64,000 nt of DNA, from contig NZ_JMCB01000008.1 in NCBI RefSeq assembly GCF_000737315.1, forward strand, positions 496,001 through 560,000, in the 5' to 3' direction. This document shows positions 1 through 9,923 of the stretch, piece by piece. Under the pieces are notes generated by a model. It worked only from the letters and a program-made list of their open reading frames with translations, was not told where the DNA came from and did not search any database. The first letter of the stretch is position 1. Each line of letters begins with the position of its first letter. The position numbers were made by a program, and so were the translations under genes. The DNA comes from Hyalangium minutum (GTDB taxonomy: Bacteria > Myxococcota > Myxococcia > Myxococcales > Myxococcaceae).

Positions 1-501
1 GGTGGTGGCCACGGTGGCGGCTACGGCGGCCAGCAGGGCGGTGGCCATGGTGGCGGCTACGGCGGCCAGCAGGGCGGTGGCCACGGTGGCGGCTACGGCG
101 GCCAGCAGGGCGGTGGCCACGGTGGCGGCTACGGCGGCCAGCAGGGCGGCGGTCACGGTGGCGGCTACGGCGGCCAGCAGGGCGGTGGCCACGGTGGCGG
201 CTACGGCGGCCAGCAGGGCGGTGGCCACGGTGGCGGCTACGGCGGCCAGCAGGGCGGCGGTCACGGTGGCGGCTACGGCGGCCAGCAGGGCGGTGGCCAC
301 GGTGGCGGCTACGGCGGCCAGCAGGGCGGTGGCCACGGTGGCGGCTACGGCGGCCAGCAGGGCGGCGGTCACGGTGGCGGCTACGGCGGCCAGCAGGGCG
401 GTGGCCACGGTGGCGGCTACGGCGGCCAGCAGGGCGGTGGCCACGGTGGCGGCTACGGCGGCCAGCAGGGCGGTGGCCACCGCGGCGGCCACGGGGAATA
501 A
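1..501 (+). CDS. 3' end (partial) of a protein with a Gly/His/Tyr/Gln-rich low-complexity tail, (GGHGGGYGGQQG)n
   Basis: Frame +1 reads GGGHGGGYGGQQ repeatedly with no stop until GAA TAA TAG at 496-504. The VATVAATAASRA ORF (2..526) in the track is a frame-shifted shadow of this. Confidence 0.8.
   Translation, partial: GGGHGGGYGGQQGGGHGGGYGGQQGGGHGGGYGGQQGGGHGGGYGGQQGGGHGGGYGGQQGGGHGGGYGGQQGGGHGGGYGGQQGGGHGGGYGGQQGGGHGGGYGGQQGGGHGGGYGGQQGGGHGGGYGGQQGGGHGGGYGGQQGGGHGGGYGGQQGGGHRGGHGE
4..480 (+). repeat. Coding tandem repeat, 13 full copies of a 36-bp unit plus a partial copy
   Basis: Unit ggtggccacggtggcggctacggcggccagcagggc. Variant units starting ggcggtcac occur at 148, 256 and 364 (108-bp super-period). 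Confidence 0.95.
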
Positions 502-681
502 TAGGCGCACCGTCGTCTGGGCATGAGGCGAGGCTGGAGACCGCTGGACGCTCAGCGGCCTCTGCTCCCAGCGCCCTGCTTGCTGCTGGGCTGGCACCGT
601 CCTCTCGAAGGGTGCCCCTCTACGGGTGGCGCACGGGAGGAGGCTCACATGTCGGGGTAAGCTCGCGGGCCACGCGCCCCC

Positions 682-1953
682 ATGACCCGATTCCTCGACG
701 AACTCACAGCCCTGCTGCGGCACTCCCGCAACCTTCCCGCCGCGGAGCCCCTGCCCAGGGTCTCTCGCGACTGGATCGATCGGGAGGCGCAAGGTGCTGG
801 CGTCCACCTGGAAGCGGGGGCCATCCTCGCCTTGTCGCTCCGGCACTGTGGCCTGACGGCCCTCCCCGAGCCGCTCGGCGAGCTGTCCCAGCTCCAGCAG
901 CTCGACGTGACAGGAAATCCCCTCCCTTCCCTACCCGAGAGCCTGGGGCGCCTGACGCACCTCTCGCGGCTCATGGCCGACAACTGCCGGCTCACGCTGC
1001 TCCCGGAGTCGCTCGGGGCCCTGAGCCAGCTCGAGTTGCTCTTCGCGGATGGCAACCAGCTCACGGCCCTGCCCGCCAGCCTGGAGCGGCTGACCCGCCT
1101 CCGGCGGCTGGACCTGCGCGGCAACCAGCTCGCCTCTGTTCCCGAGAGCCTCGGCCGCCTGAACTCGCTCGTGGACCTGCGGCTGGGCAAGAACCTCCTG
1201 ACGTCCGTGCCAGAGTCGCTCTGGAACCTGACGGGCTTGGAGACGCTGGATCTGTCGGAGAACCGCCTTGCGTCCCTTTCGTCCGGCATGGGCGCGCTGT
1301 CCCGGCTGAAGATGCTGGACCTGGGCCATAACGCGCTGACCGCTGTCCCCGAGTCTCTCGGCCAGCTCACCGGCCTCTCGGAGTACCTCTACCTCAGCGA
1401 CAACCAGCTGACCTCCCTGCCGGAGTCGCTCGGGAACCTGAAAGCCCTGAGGTACCTCAACGCCACGGACAACCGGCTGACGACACTCCCCTCCTCCCTG
1501 GGCGGGATACGCGCGCTCATCGAACTCCGCCTCTACAACAACCGCCTCACGGGGCTCCCGGAGGCAATGGGTGCGCTGGAGAACCTCCAAGAGCTCCACC
1601 TGAAGAACAACGCGCTGGACTCCTTGCCCGAGTCCCTCGGCCAGCTCACGCGGCTCCGGAAGCTCAGCCTGGAGAACAACAGGCTGACGGCGCTCCCCTC
1701 CTCCCTGGGAGGCCTCTCGCAGCTCACGGAGCTGGACCTGCGGAACAACCGGCTGGGCTCGCTCCCCGAATCGCTGGGTGCGCTCCGCCACCTGGTCTCC
1801 CTGGACCTCCGAGGCAACCAACTGCGCGCGCTGCCCGCATCCATCGCGGAGCTCCCGAGCCTTGGGAAGCTCGACCTGCGGTGGAACAAGCTGTCCTCGC
1901 CCCCAAGCTGGCTGCAGCGGCTCGAGCAGCGCGGGTGCATCGTGTACCTGTGA
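682..1953 (+). CDS. Leucine-rich repeat protein (423 aa)
   Basis: Many 23-aa repeats of type LPESLGxLxxLxxLxLxxNxLxx; GC3-rich codons. Confidence 0.92.
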   Translation: MTRFLDELTALLRHSRNLPAAEPLPRVSRDWIDREAQGAGVHLEAGAILALSLRHCGLTALPEPLGELSQLQQLDVTGNPLPSLPESLGRLTHLSRLMADNCRLTLLPESLGALSQLELLFADGNQLTALPASLERLTRLRRLDLRGNQLASVPESLGRLNSLVDLRLGKNLLTSVPESLWNLTGLETLDLSENRLASLSSGMGALSRLKMLDLGHNALTAVPESLGQLTGLSEYLYLSDNQLTSLPESLGNLKALRYLNATDNRLTTLPSSLGGIRALIELRLYNNRLTGLPEAMGALENLQELHLKNNALDSLPESLGQLTRLRKLSLENNRLTALPSSLGGLSQLTELDLRNNRLGSLPESLGALRHLVSLDLRGNQLRALPASIAELPSLGKLDLRWNKLSSPPSWLQRLEQRGCIVYL

Positions 1954-2013
1954 GTCCACGCGGCGAGCCGCGGCCGAAAGCGGCGGACGAGCCGGACGAG
2001 CCGGAGCCCTGAG

Positions 2014-2697
2014 TCAGAAGCGCCCGACGAGCCCGAACGTGCCGCCCTTCGGGGACACCGTGAACGAAGGGGCCCACGTCACGCCCGGGGACGGAGACAC
2101 CGGAGCCGCTTGTGACGGCGACTGGCTCAGGGACGCGGACAGCTCATACGCCACGATGGAGGAGACCATCGGGAGCACCATGAGCGGGATGACCGACTCG
2201 GCGTCCTCCGCCAGTCCCGCGTAGAAGAGGCCTGCCCCCGCGCCTCCCGCGGCCAGCCCCGAGAGCAGCGTCGGGAGGAGCCGTCCCTGCCCTCCCATCA
2301 GCTCGCCCGAGGCATAGACAGAGACCGTGGAGCCCACCCCACACCCCACCATGGCCAGGGTCCCCAGGAGGCGGTTGTCACAGACGTCTCCGTTCCGGCA
2401 GTTCAAGCGGTCCACACTCGAGGAGTTCGCCACAATCAGCGTCGCCAGGGTCATCAAGAAGCCTCCCCCGGCGCCTCCGAGTACCTCCACGCTCACCCGG
2501 GCCGGGGACAACGCGTATGGCTTCACCTCGGGCCGCGACACCGCCACCTCCTCCAATGGAGGTCCCGGAATGAACGCGGGCTCCTCCGGTGCCGTCACGA
2601 GGGGAGGCGCCAGCGGGGGTTCCGGCGCGGCAGACTGGGCCAGCACGGCCCCGGGTGCCCAGGCAGCCAGGAAGAGCAGGACACGGATGTCAGGCAT
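2014..2697 (-). CDS. Exported/membrane hypothetical protein
   Basis: Signal-peptide-like MPDIRVLLFLAAW...LAQ, Gly-rich hydrophobic helices, C-terminal aromatic ...GGTFGLVGRF. Start moved to the ATG at 2697. Confidence 0.7.
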   Translation of the reverse strand: MPDIRVLLFLAAWAPGAVLAQSAAPEPPLAPPLVTAPEEPAFIPGPPLEEVAVSRPEVKPYALSPARVSVEVLGGAGGGFLMTLATLIVANSSSVDRLNCRNGDVCDNRLLGTLAMVGCGVGSTVSVYASGELMGGQGRLLPTLLSGLAAGGAGAGLFYAGLAEDAESVIPLMVLPMVSSIVAYELSASLSQSPSQAAPVSPSPGVTWAPSFTVSPKGGTFGLVGRF

Positions 2698-2819
2698 GTT
2701 CGAATCTCCGAGGGTCATCGCACTCTCAGTGGAGCAGCGCACCCGGGGGTTCTGCAATTCCTCAGCCCGAGCGAGACCTTGAAGTGCAGCATGAACAGAG
2801 CTTGGCTGCGGGACGACCC

Positions 2820-3548
2820 ATGCGCCCACACTTCACTCTTTCTTCGCTGTTCGGACGAGCCCTCCCTGCGCTGCTGTGCGCGGCCACCCTGGTGGCGTGC
2901 GAGCCGGGAGACGAGCTCTCACGGTTCTCGGGCCGAGAACTGCGGGCAAGCGTGAACTCCTTCGAGGGCGGGCTCTTGGCGATACTCGACCGGTATGAGC
3001 CCGAGAGAGGCGGCTGCCTCCAGCTGCACCCCGACGTGGTGGCCACCTTCGATGGGGTTCCCCTCGAAACCTCCCCCGGCGGCCCCGTCGTCGAGCGCTG
3101 CGAGTTTCCCAATGATCCACCCTTCTTCACCGGCAAGCTGGACACCGCGCTGTTCTTCGATGCGCCGAGGAACGCGGTGATGGAGATCCGGGCCGGGGAT
3201 GAGGCCATCATCGCGGAGTTCACGAACTTCTTCGGGCGGCACACCTTCACGCTGATCGAACCCGCTCCCGTGGTGAAGCCCGGCGAGGAGATCTTCCTGG
3301 AGTGGGACCCGCCCACGGATGACCTGTCCCAGCTCGAGGGCGTCAGCATGAACGGAACCGTCATCCCGGCAGCGCTGGAGGGGCACGGAGTGCGATTCAC
3401 CGTCCCGGCGAATTTCCCCACGGGCCGGTTCAACGTGGGCCACGTCGGACAGGTCACCATCCCCGCCGCGCGCTGCGAGGGCGTAGCCCGCTGCCGATCC
3501 TTCCCGTGGCCCCTCTACCGGTTCGCGCAGCTGAACATCCAGCCCTGA
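2820..3548 (+). CDS. Hypothetical lipoprotein
   Basis: Lipobox LVAC after a hydrophobic stretch (ALLCAATLVAC); beta-rich body. Confidence 0.75.
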   Translation: MRPHFTLSSLFGRALPALLCAATLVACEPGDELSRFSGRELRASVNSFEGGLLAILDRYEPERGGCLQLHPDVVATFDGVPLETSPGGPVVERCEFPNDPPFFTGKLDTALFFDAPRNAVMEIRAGDEAIIAEFTNFFGRHTFTLIEPAPVVKPGEEIFLEWDPPTDDLSQLEGVSMNGTVIPAALEGHGVRFTVPANFPTGRFNVGHVGQVTIPAARCEGVARCRSFPWPLYRFAQLNIQP

Positions 3549-3605
3549 AGCCTCTCTCTGCCCTGAGCGAAGAGGAGCGCCAGTACCGGCGCGCAAGTCG
3601 AACAG

Positions 3606-5045
3606 CTAAGCGGCACAGAAGGCCAACAGAGCGCCTGCGGCGGTGGCCACCACGTTGACGGTGTCGTTGCCCAGCCAGGACACGCCTCGGAGGGCCCGGG
3701 TGGGCTGACCGCAGTGGTGCACGCGGCGCTCGGTCTCCCGGGCACAGGCCTCGCACCAGCGCACATCCTGCACCGTGGCCCCCAGGAAGCTGTCCACCAG
3801 CGAGCCCACCACCCCCGCCAGCACGAGCCAGGGCAGGAACTGCCACGGGACGCCCGTGACCAGCGCGAGGCTCCCCACGAAGGCAGCCCCGGCGGTGGAG
3901 GCCAGCAGCCCCATGCCCGACACGGCGCCCGAGGTGCCAGGAGCCACCGGCCGCAGGGTGGTGATGCTCCGGGGATTGGAGCGCGAGAGCACTCCCAGCT
4001 CCGTGGCCCAGGTGTCCGCGTTGGCGGCAACCAGTGCTCCCAGCATCGCCAGCAGGAAGCGCGAGTCCCCCGTGAGGCCCAGGAGCACGGCGGCCAGTGC
4101 GGCCACCCCGCCGTTGGCCAGCGCCTGCCCGAAGTCTCGTGTCCCCGTCTTGGCGTACTCGGCCTCCATGGGAGCCTTCCGGTCCCGGAAGGCCTTGGAG
4201 AGCGCGCTCGAGGAGAAGAAGAAGCCGAGCAGGGCCGCCGTCCCCACCGCACCCGCCAGCCCGAACACCGGGGCTCCGACGACAATGGCGCCCAGCACAC
4301 CGCTGGGACTCAGCGAGCCCCGGAACCAGGCGGCCACACCAATGATCAGCGCCACCCCCGCGCCCAGGCCCAGGCCCGGAGCGAAGGAGGCGGGAGTCCA
4401 GCCGAGCACGGCCAGGGCGCTCAGCGGCACCCAGAGGTTGTCCCGTCCCCGGATACCGAGAGCCTCGGCGCAGGTGGCCACCACGGCGCACAGCAGGGCC
4501 AGCGGCACTCGGGGCAGCTCAGGCGCCAGGCCCGGCAGCCACGTGAGCGCGGCCAGCACGGACAGGAAGGTGCCCACGAGCATGGCCAGCGAACCCTCCA
4601 GGCTCTTGCGCTCCCCTGCCAGCGTCTCATAGCGGTGGCGTCCGAAGCGCCGGCCTACCAGCGACGCCAGCGCATCCCCCACCACCATCGCCAGCACGCT
4701 GCCCACTGCCACCGCGGGCCGGTCCCATGCCAGCCAGAGGCACGCCGAGAAGCTGAGCGCGTACCAGACCGTCCCCAGGTTGTCGGGCTCGGTCTCCACC
4801 GCCTTCAGCAGGCGCTTGCGGTGGATGACCCAGTTGGCCACCGCCGCCGTCATCGAGGGAACCACCGCCCACTCCCGGTGCTCGAACAACTTCAACGCGG
4901 CGAAGATCCACAGGCCCACGCCCACGTGGATGAACTTGCGCGAGAACTCCCGGGAGGCCCCCCGCCGCGCCAACACCTCGCCCACCAGGACGCACGCGCC
5001 CACGTAGGCATAGGACAAGAGGAGTGCCTTGAGGTCCTGACTCAT
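3606..5045 (-). CDS. Phytol/dolichol-kinase-like (VTE5/SEC59-type) domain fused to a DUF92 (VTE6/TMEM19-like) domain
   Basis: N-half has SRKFIHVGVG, GDALASLVGRRFG, KSLEGS and DNLWVP; C-half has QALANGG, ANADTWATELG and GTSGAVS. Highly hydrophobic. Confidence 0.85.
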   Translation of the reverse strand: MSQDLKALLLSYAYVGACVLVGEVLARRGASREFSRKFIHVGVGLWIFAALKLFEHREWAVVPSMTAAVANWVIHRKRLLKAVETEPDNLGTVWYALSFSACLWLAWDRPAVAVGSVLAMVVGDALASLVGRRFGRHRYETLAGERKSLEGSLAMLVGTFLSVLAALTWLPGLAPELPRVPLALLCAVVATCAEALGIRGRDNLWVPLSALAVLGWTPASFAPGLGLGAGVALIIGVAAWFRGSLSPSGVLGAIVVGAPVFGLAGAVGTAALLGFFFSSSALSKAFRDRKAPMEAEYAKTGTRDFGQALANGGVAALAAVLLGLTGDSRFLLAMLGALVAANADTWATELGVLSRSNPRSITTLRPVAPGTSGAVSGMGLLASTAGAAFVGSLALVTGVPWQFLPWLVLAGVVGSLVDSFLGATVQDVRWCEACARETERRVHHCGQPTRALRGVSWLGNDTVNVVATAAGALLAFCAA

Positions 5046-5070
5046 GGCCCCCGAGTATAGGGGCCCCCTC

Positions 5071-5268
5071 TCAGTCTGGCTCCTCTTCCTCCGAGGCGAG
5101 CGGGTGCACCGTCACCACGCTTCCGTCCTTGTCCGGGGAAGCGCGCACGGCGTCCAGTTCTTCGGGCTTGGTCGGAGCCCTCTCCGAGAAGTTGTCATTG
5201 TGGAGGTGGCGCTGGCGCTGCTCGCTCGTCTCGCCGTACCCCTCTTGCATCTTCGATTTCTTCGCCAT
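5071..5268 (-). CDS. Small acidic/hydrophilic hypothetical protein (65 aa)
   Basis: ATG preceded by ggag-like sequence; lies co-directionally just upstream of the DUF92 fusion. Confidence 0.5.
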   Translation of the reverse strand: MAKKSKMQEGYGETSEQRQRHLHNDNFSERAPTKPEELDAVRASPDKDGSVVTVHPLASEEEEPD

Positions 5269-5283
5269 GGTCCGCTCCTCGGC

Positions 5284-5532
5284 TCACAAGCCGCCCGGGG
5301 CAACGACTCCTTCGACGATCTCCTCTTCCTCGCGCTCTTCCTCTTCCTCCTCCTCGCGCGCGCGGATCTCGCCGCCGATGTCGCTCTCCTCGGCTTCCTC
5401 GCGCCGTGCGCGGCGCCGTGCGAAAGGCTCCTCCGCCTGTTCGCCATGCGGCCTGCCGTGCTCGCCCTGCTCGAACTCGGCCGACTTGTGTCCCATCGTG
5501 CTCTCGGGTTGCTCCTGAAGATCCGTCCTCAT
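5284..5532 (-). CDS. Small Glu-rich hypothetical protein (~82 aa)
   Basis: Poly-Glu run EEEEEEEREEEE; plausible codon usage; start uncertain. Confidence 0.45.
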   Translation of the reverse strand: MRTDLQEQPESTMGHKSAEFEQGEHGRPHGEQAEEPFARRRARREEAEESDIGGEIRAREEEEEEEREEEEIVEGVVAPGGL

Positions 5533-5640
5533 GGAGGAACGGTGGGGACGGGCCGTTGGCTGGACAAGCTCCCCAAACTGACATTCTTGTCATCTTCGCG
5601 TCAGCTTCGCGCCCGCCCTGCTCACCCAGAATTCCGGGCC

Positions 5641-6804
5641 ATGGTAGCGAACGAACAACGGCCCCATGCTCGGTGGGCCAGGAAGCTGGTTCTCCTCCTC
5701 GTCTCCCTCTCCGCCGCTGGCGGCGGGCTCGGCTGTTCCTCGGAGTCGCGCGCCGCGACGGGGCCTCCGGCTGTCCCCGTCCTCGTCGAGCAAGTCTCCC
5801 GCCGCGACGTTCCTCACTCCCTCCGCGGCATCGGCACCGTCCTGTCGCTTCACAGCGTGGTGGTTCGCCCCCAGGTGGATGGCCTCCTCACCGAGCTCGC
5901 CTTCAAAGAGGGCCAGCTCATCAACAAGGGCGAGCTGCTCGCTCGCATCGATGACCGGGCGATCGTCGCCGAAGTCGCCCAGGCCCGTGCCGAGAAGGCC
6001 CGCAACGAGGCCCTGCTCCACGCCGCGAGGGCCGACCTCGAGCGCTACGGCAACCTCGTGCGCGACGAGGCGATCTCACGCCAGACGGCCGACCAACAGA
6101 AGGCCCAGGTCGAGCAGCTCGAAGCGACCCTCCTCGCCAACGAGGCGATGGTCGCCGCAGCCCAGGTCCGCCTGTCGTACACGCGCATCACCTCGCCAGT
6201 CACCGGGAGGGTCGGCCTGCGCCGGGTCGACCCTGGCAACGTCGTCCGCACCTCCGACGCCCAGGGGCTCGTCACCGTCACCCAGATCGATCCCATCGCG
6301 GTGCTCTTCTCTCTTCCCCAGGAGGCACTTCCCCGGCTTCAGGCACTGCTGCGCGACACGGCGGGTGCCCCTGTCATCGCCTTCGATCGCGACGGTGGGA
6401 CAGCGCTGGCCCAGGGACGCCTGCTGATGATCGACAACCAGATCGATCCCACGACCGGCACCATTTCCCTCAAGGCGGAGTTCCCGAACGCCGAGGGCAA
6501 GCTCTGGCCGGGCCAGTTCGTCACCGTCGAGCTCAAGACGGGAGAGAGCCAGGGGGCGACCGTCGTCTCGGCCCGCGCTGTCCAGCGAGGACTCCAAGGC
6601 CCGTTCGTGTTCCGGGTCGATGATGCCAAAGCCACCGTCGTTCCCGTCACCCTCGGTTACGCGGACGAGCAGCTCGCCGTCGTGACGTCCGGAGTATCCC
6701 CGGGTGAGACGGTGGTCAGCGATGGCCACTCCCGCCTCAAGGCCGGGAGCGCGGTGAAGATCGCCCCGCCCAAGGGCGAGACTCCGAAAGGAGCGGCCCC
6801 GTGA
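5641..6804 (+). CDS. RND efflux periplasmic adaptor subunit (MdtA-like)
   Basis: VVVRPQVDG, ITSPVTGRVG, IDNQIDPTTGT and LWPGQFV motifs. Start at ATG 5641; the track ORF is over-extended to 5044. Confidence 0.92.
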   Translation: MVANEQRPHARWARKLVLLLVSLSAAGGGLGCSSESRAATGPPAVPVLVEQVSRRDVPHSLRGIGTVLSLHSVVVRPQVDGLLTELAFKEGQLINKGELLARIDDRAIVAEVAQARAEKARNEALLHAARADLERYGNLVRDEAISRQTADQQKAQVEQLEATLLANEAMVAAAQVRLSYTRITSPVTGRVGLRRVDPGNVVRTSDAQGLVTVTQIDPIAVLFSLPQEALPRLQALLRDTAGAPVIAFDRDGGTALAQGRLLMIDNQIDPTTGTISLKAEFPNAEGKLWPGQFVTVELKTGESQGATVVSARAVQRGLQGPFVFRVDDAKATVVPVTLGYADEQLAVVTSGVSPGETVVSDGHSRLKAGSAVKIAPPKGETPKGAAP

Positions 6805-9800
6805 TTCACTCGCAGCGCAGCCTCTCCAGCTGGTTCGTGGCCCGCCCCGTCGCCACCGCCCTGCTCACCCTGGGCGTCATCCTGCTGGGCCTCTTCGCCT
6901 ACCCGCGCCTGCCCATCGCGCCGCTGCCCGAGGCGGAGTTCCCGACGATCCAAATCAGTGCTGGCCTGCCGGGCGCCAGTGCCGAGACCATGGCTTCCTC
7001 CGTGGCCACGCCCCTGGAGGTCCAGCTCAGCGCCATCCCCGGTATCACGGAGATGACGTCCACGAGCGCCCTGGGGACGACCTCGATCACCCTGCAGTTC
7101 GACCTCGAGAAGAGCATCGACACCGCGGCGCAGGAGGTGCAATCCGCCATCAATGCCGCCTCCGGCCGCCTCCCGTCGGAGATGCCGAACCTGCCCACCT
7201 GGCGCAAGGTCAATCCGAACGACAGCCCCATCTTCGTCCTGCGCGTCCAGTCGGACCTGTTGCCGCTCACGGAGCTGAGCGACATCGCGGAGACGCAGCT
7301 CGCGCGGCAGCTCAGCCAGCTCTCCGGCGTCGCCGAGATCGCCATGACCGGCCAGCGGCGCCCCGCCCTGCGCATCCAGGCCTCGCCCGAGCGGCTGGCG
7401 TCCCTGGGCCTGACGCTCGCCGATATCCGGGCGGCGGTGCAGGCCGCGAGCGTCAACCAGGCCAAGGGTGCCCTCTTCGGCGACACCCGGGTCTCGACGC
7501 TCTCGACCAATGACCAGATCTTCCGCCCCGATGACTATGACAACCTCATCGTGGCCTACCGCGAAGGCGCTCCCGTCCGCCTCGGAGACGTCGCGCGGGT
7601 GAGCACGGGCGCGGAGAACGACTACGTCCAGGCCTGGCAGAACGGAAAGCCTGGGCTCAACTTCATCGTCCGCCGTCAGCCGGGCGCGAATCTCGTCGAG
7701 ACCGCCGACCGGATCATCGAAGCCCTCCCGCGGCTCCGGGAGCAGCTGCCCGCCAGCGTCGAGGTGGACATCCTCAACGACCGCACCCGGACGATCCGGT
7801 CCTCGCAGCATGAGGTCCAGGTCACCCTGATGATCACCGTCCTGCTCGTGGTCATCATCATGGGCCTGTTCCTGCGGCAGGTGTCGGCCACGCTCATCGT
7901 CGGCGCGGTGCTCCTGGTGGCCCTGGTGTCAACCTTCGCGGCGATGTACGCGCTCGGGTTCAGCCTGAACAACCTCACGCTGGTGGCGCTCGTCATCGCC
8001 GTCGGCTTCGTCGTGGACGACGCCATCGTCGTGGTGGAGAACATCCACCGGCACCTGGAGGAGGGAATGAGCTCTCACGAAGCGGCCCTCGCTGGCTCCG
8101 CGGAGATCGGCTTCACGGTCATGTCCATCAGCCTGTCGCTGATCGCGGCGTTCATTCCGCTGTTGTTCATGGGCGGCATCGTCGGGCGCCTGTTCAGAGA
8201 GTTCGCCCTGACCATGACAGCGGCCATCCTGCTGTCGGTGGTCGCGTCGCTGACGCTCGCTCCGATGCTCGCATCGCGGTTCATGAGGCCCCTGGCTCAC
8301 CGCCCGAGCAGCGCGAGCCCTGGGTTCTCGCAGCGCCTCGTGAACGGGTATGACCGGACGTTGAGGTGGGCGCTGGAGCATCAGCGGCTCACCCTGCTCG
8401 GCTTCGGGTTGGCCCTGGCTGCCGCCGTCGTCTGCTACGTGTTCATTCCCAAGGGGTTCTTCCCCGTGCAGGACACGGCCTTCATCCAGGGGACGACCCA
8501 GGCGGCGCAGGACGTCTCGTACCAGGACATGATCGCCAAGCACAAAGCACTGGAGCGCATCGTCGCGGAGGATCCCGCGGTGCAGGAGTACGCGCATGCC
8601 GTCGGCGCGACGGGCGGCAGCCAGAGCACCTCCAGCGGCCGCTTCTGGATCGTCCTCAAGGATCGCTCGGACCGAGACGTCTCGATCACCGAGTTCATCG
8701 ACCGGCTGCGGCCGAAGCTCGCCCAGGTGCCCGGCATCATGCTCTACCTGCGCCCGGCCCAGGACATCAACCTCGGAGGCGGCCCCTCGCGCGCTCAGTA
8801 CACGTATGCGATGAAGAGCAGCGATGGCGCCCTGCTGTCCGAGTGGGCGGAGAAGCTCACCTCCCGGCTCACGCAGTTGCCGCAACTCCGCGACGTGTCG
8901 AACGATCAGCAACTGGGCGCCAGCGTCACGCGCCTCACCATCGATCGGGCGGCTGCGGCTCGCTTTGGCATCTCGGCCCGTGACATCGACCAGACCCTCT
9001 ATGACGCCTTCGGGCAGCGGCAGGTCAACGAGTACCAGACCGAGGTCAACCAGTACCGGGTGATCCTCGAGATCGACCCCAAGCAACGAGGCACCTCGCA
9101 GAGCCTCGCCTATCTGCACCTCCGCTCCCCCCGCACGGGGGAGGTGGTGCCGCTCTCCGCGGTCGCGAAGCTCGAGCCCCTCTCGACGGGGCCGCTGTCC
9201 ATCAGCCACAACGGCATGTTCCCGGCCGTGAACATCTCCTTCAACCTGGCGCCCGGAGCGGCGCTCGGAGATGCCGTCAAGGCCATCGAACAGGCCGAGG
9301 CGGAGCTCGGAATGCCCACCGCCATCTCTCGCAACTTCCAGGGCACCGCGCGCGGCTTCCAAGAGTCCCTCGCCAGCCAGCCGCTGCTCATCCTCGCCGC
9401 GCTCCTGGCCGTCTACATCATCCTCGGCGTCCTCTATGAAAGCTTCGTGCACCCGCTGACCATCTTGTCCACCCTGCCCTCCGCGGGGCTCGGGGCCATT
9501 TTGTTCCTCTGGCTGATGGGCCACGACTTCTCGGTGATGGCGATGATCGGCATCGTGCTCCTCATCGGCATCGTGAAGAAGAACGGCATCCTCATGGTCG
9601 ACTTCGCGCTCGACGCGCAGCGAACGCGGGGGATGTCTCCTCGAGAGGCGATCCACGAGTCCTGTCTCGTCCGCTTCCGCCCCATCATGATGACGACACT
9701 CGCCGCGCTCCTGGGCGGTATTCCCCTCATGCTGGGCTTCGGGACCGGGTCCGAGCTGCGGCAGCCGCTCGGCATCGCCATCGTGGGCGGCCTGCTCGTC

Positions 9801-9923
9801 AGCCAGGTCCTGACGCTCTATTCGACGCCTGTCGTGTACCTGGCGCTCGATCGGCTCTTCAGCCGCCTGCGGAAGGCGTCTCCCCCGGATCTTCCCAGTC
9901 CCTCGAAGCTGGAGGCGACGTGA
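6801..9923 (+). CDS. RND multidrug efflux permease (MdtB/MdtC-like, HAE1)
   Basis: RPVATALL, PEAEFPTIQI, GFVVDDAIVVVENI, GIVKKNGILMVDFA and RFRPIMMTT; 1040 aa. Confidence 0.95.
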   Translation: MIHSQRSLSSWFVARPVATALLTLGVILLGLFAYPRLPIAPLPEAEFPTIQISAGLPGASAETMASSVATPLEVQLSAIPGITEMTSTSALGTTSITLQFDLEKSIDTAAQEVQSAINAASGRLPSEMPNLPTWRKVNPNDSPIFVLRVQSDLLPLTELSDIAETQLARQLSQLSGVAEIAMTGQRRPALRIQASPERLASLGLTLADIRAAVQAASVNQAKGALFGDTRVSTLSTNDQIFRPDDYDNLIVAYREGAPVRLGDVARVSTGAENDYVQAWQNGKPGLNFIVRRQPGANLVETADRIIEALPRLREQLPASVEVDILNDRTRTIRSSQHEVQVTLMITVLLVVIIMGLFLRQVSATLIVGAVLLVALVSTFAAMYALGFSLNNLTLVALVIAVGFVVDDAIVVVENIHRHLEEGMSSHEAALAGSAEIGFTVMSISLSLIAAFIPLLFMGGIVGRLFREFALTMTAAILLSVVASLTLAPMLASRFMRPLAHRPSSASPGFSQRLVNGYDRTLRWALEHQRLTLLGFGLALAAAVVCYVFIPKGFFPVQDTAFIQGTTQAAQDVSYQDMIAKHKALERIVAEDPAVQEYAHAVGATGGSQSTSSGRFWIVLKDRSDRDVSITEFIDRLRPKLAQVPGIMLYLRPAQDINLGGGPSRAQYTYAMKSSDGALLSEWAEKLTSRLTQLPQLRDVSNDQQLGASVTRLTIDRAAAARFGISARDIDQTLYDAFGQRQVNEYQTEVNQYRVILEIDPKQRGTSQSLAYLHLRSPRTGEVVPLSAVAKLEPLSTGPLSISHNGMFPAVNISFNLAPGAALGDAVKAIEQAEAELGMPTAISRNFQGTARGFQESLASQPLLILAALLAVYIILGVLYESFVHPLTILSTLPSAGLGAILFLWLMGHDFSVMAMIGIVLLIGIVKKNGILMVDFALDAQRTRGMSPREAIHESCLVRFRPIMMTTLAALLGGIPLMLGFGTGSELRQPLGIAIVGGLLVSQVLTLYSTPVVYLALDRLFSRLRKASPPDLPSPSKLEAT

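Noticed and set aside
4-480. 36-bp repeats as a CRISPR array
   Set aside because: Units are contiguous with no unique spacers, are in-frame coding, and no cas genes are present.
2-526. ORF of VATVAATAASRA repeats
   Set aside because: Off-frame reading of the Gly-rich repeat; frame +1 has typical GC3 codons and a double stop.
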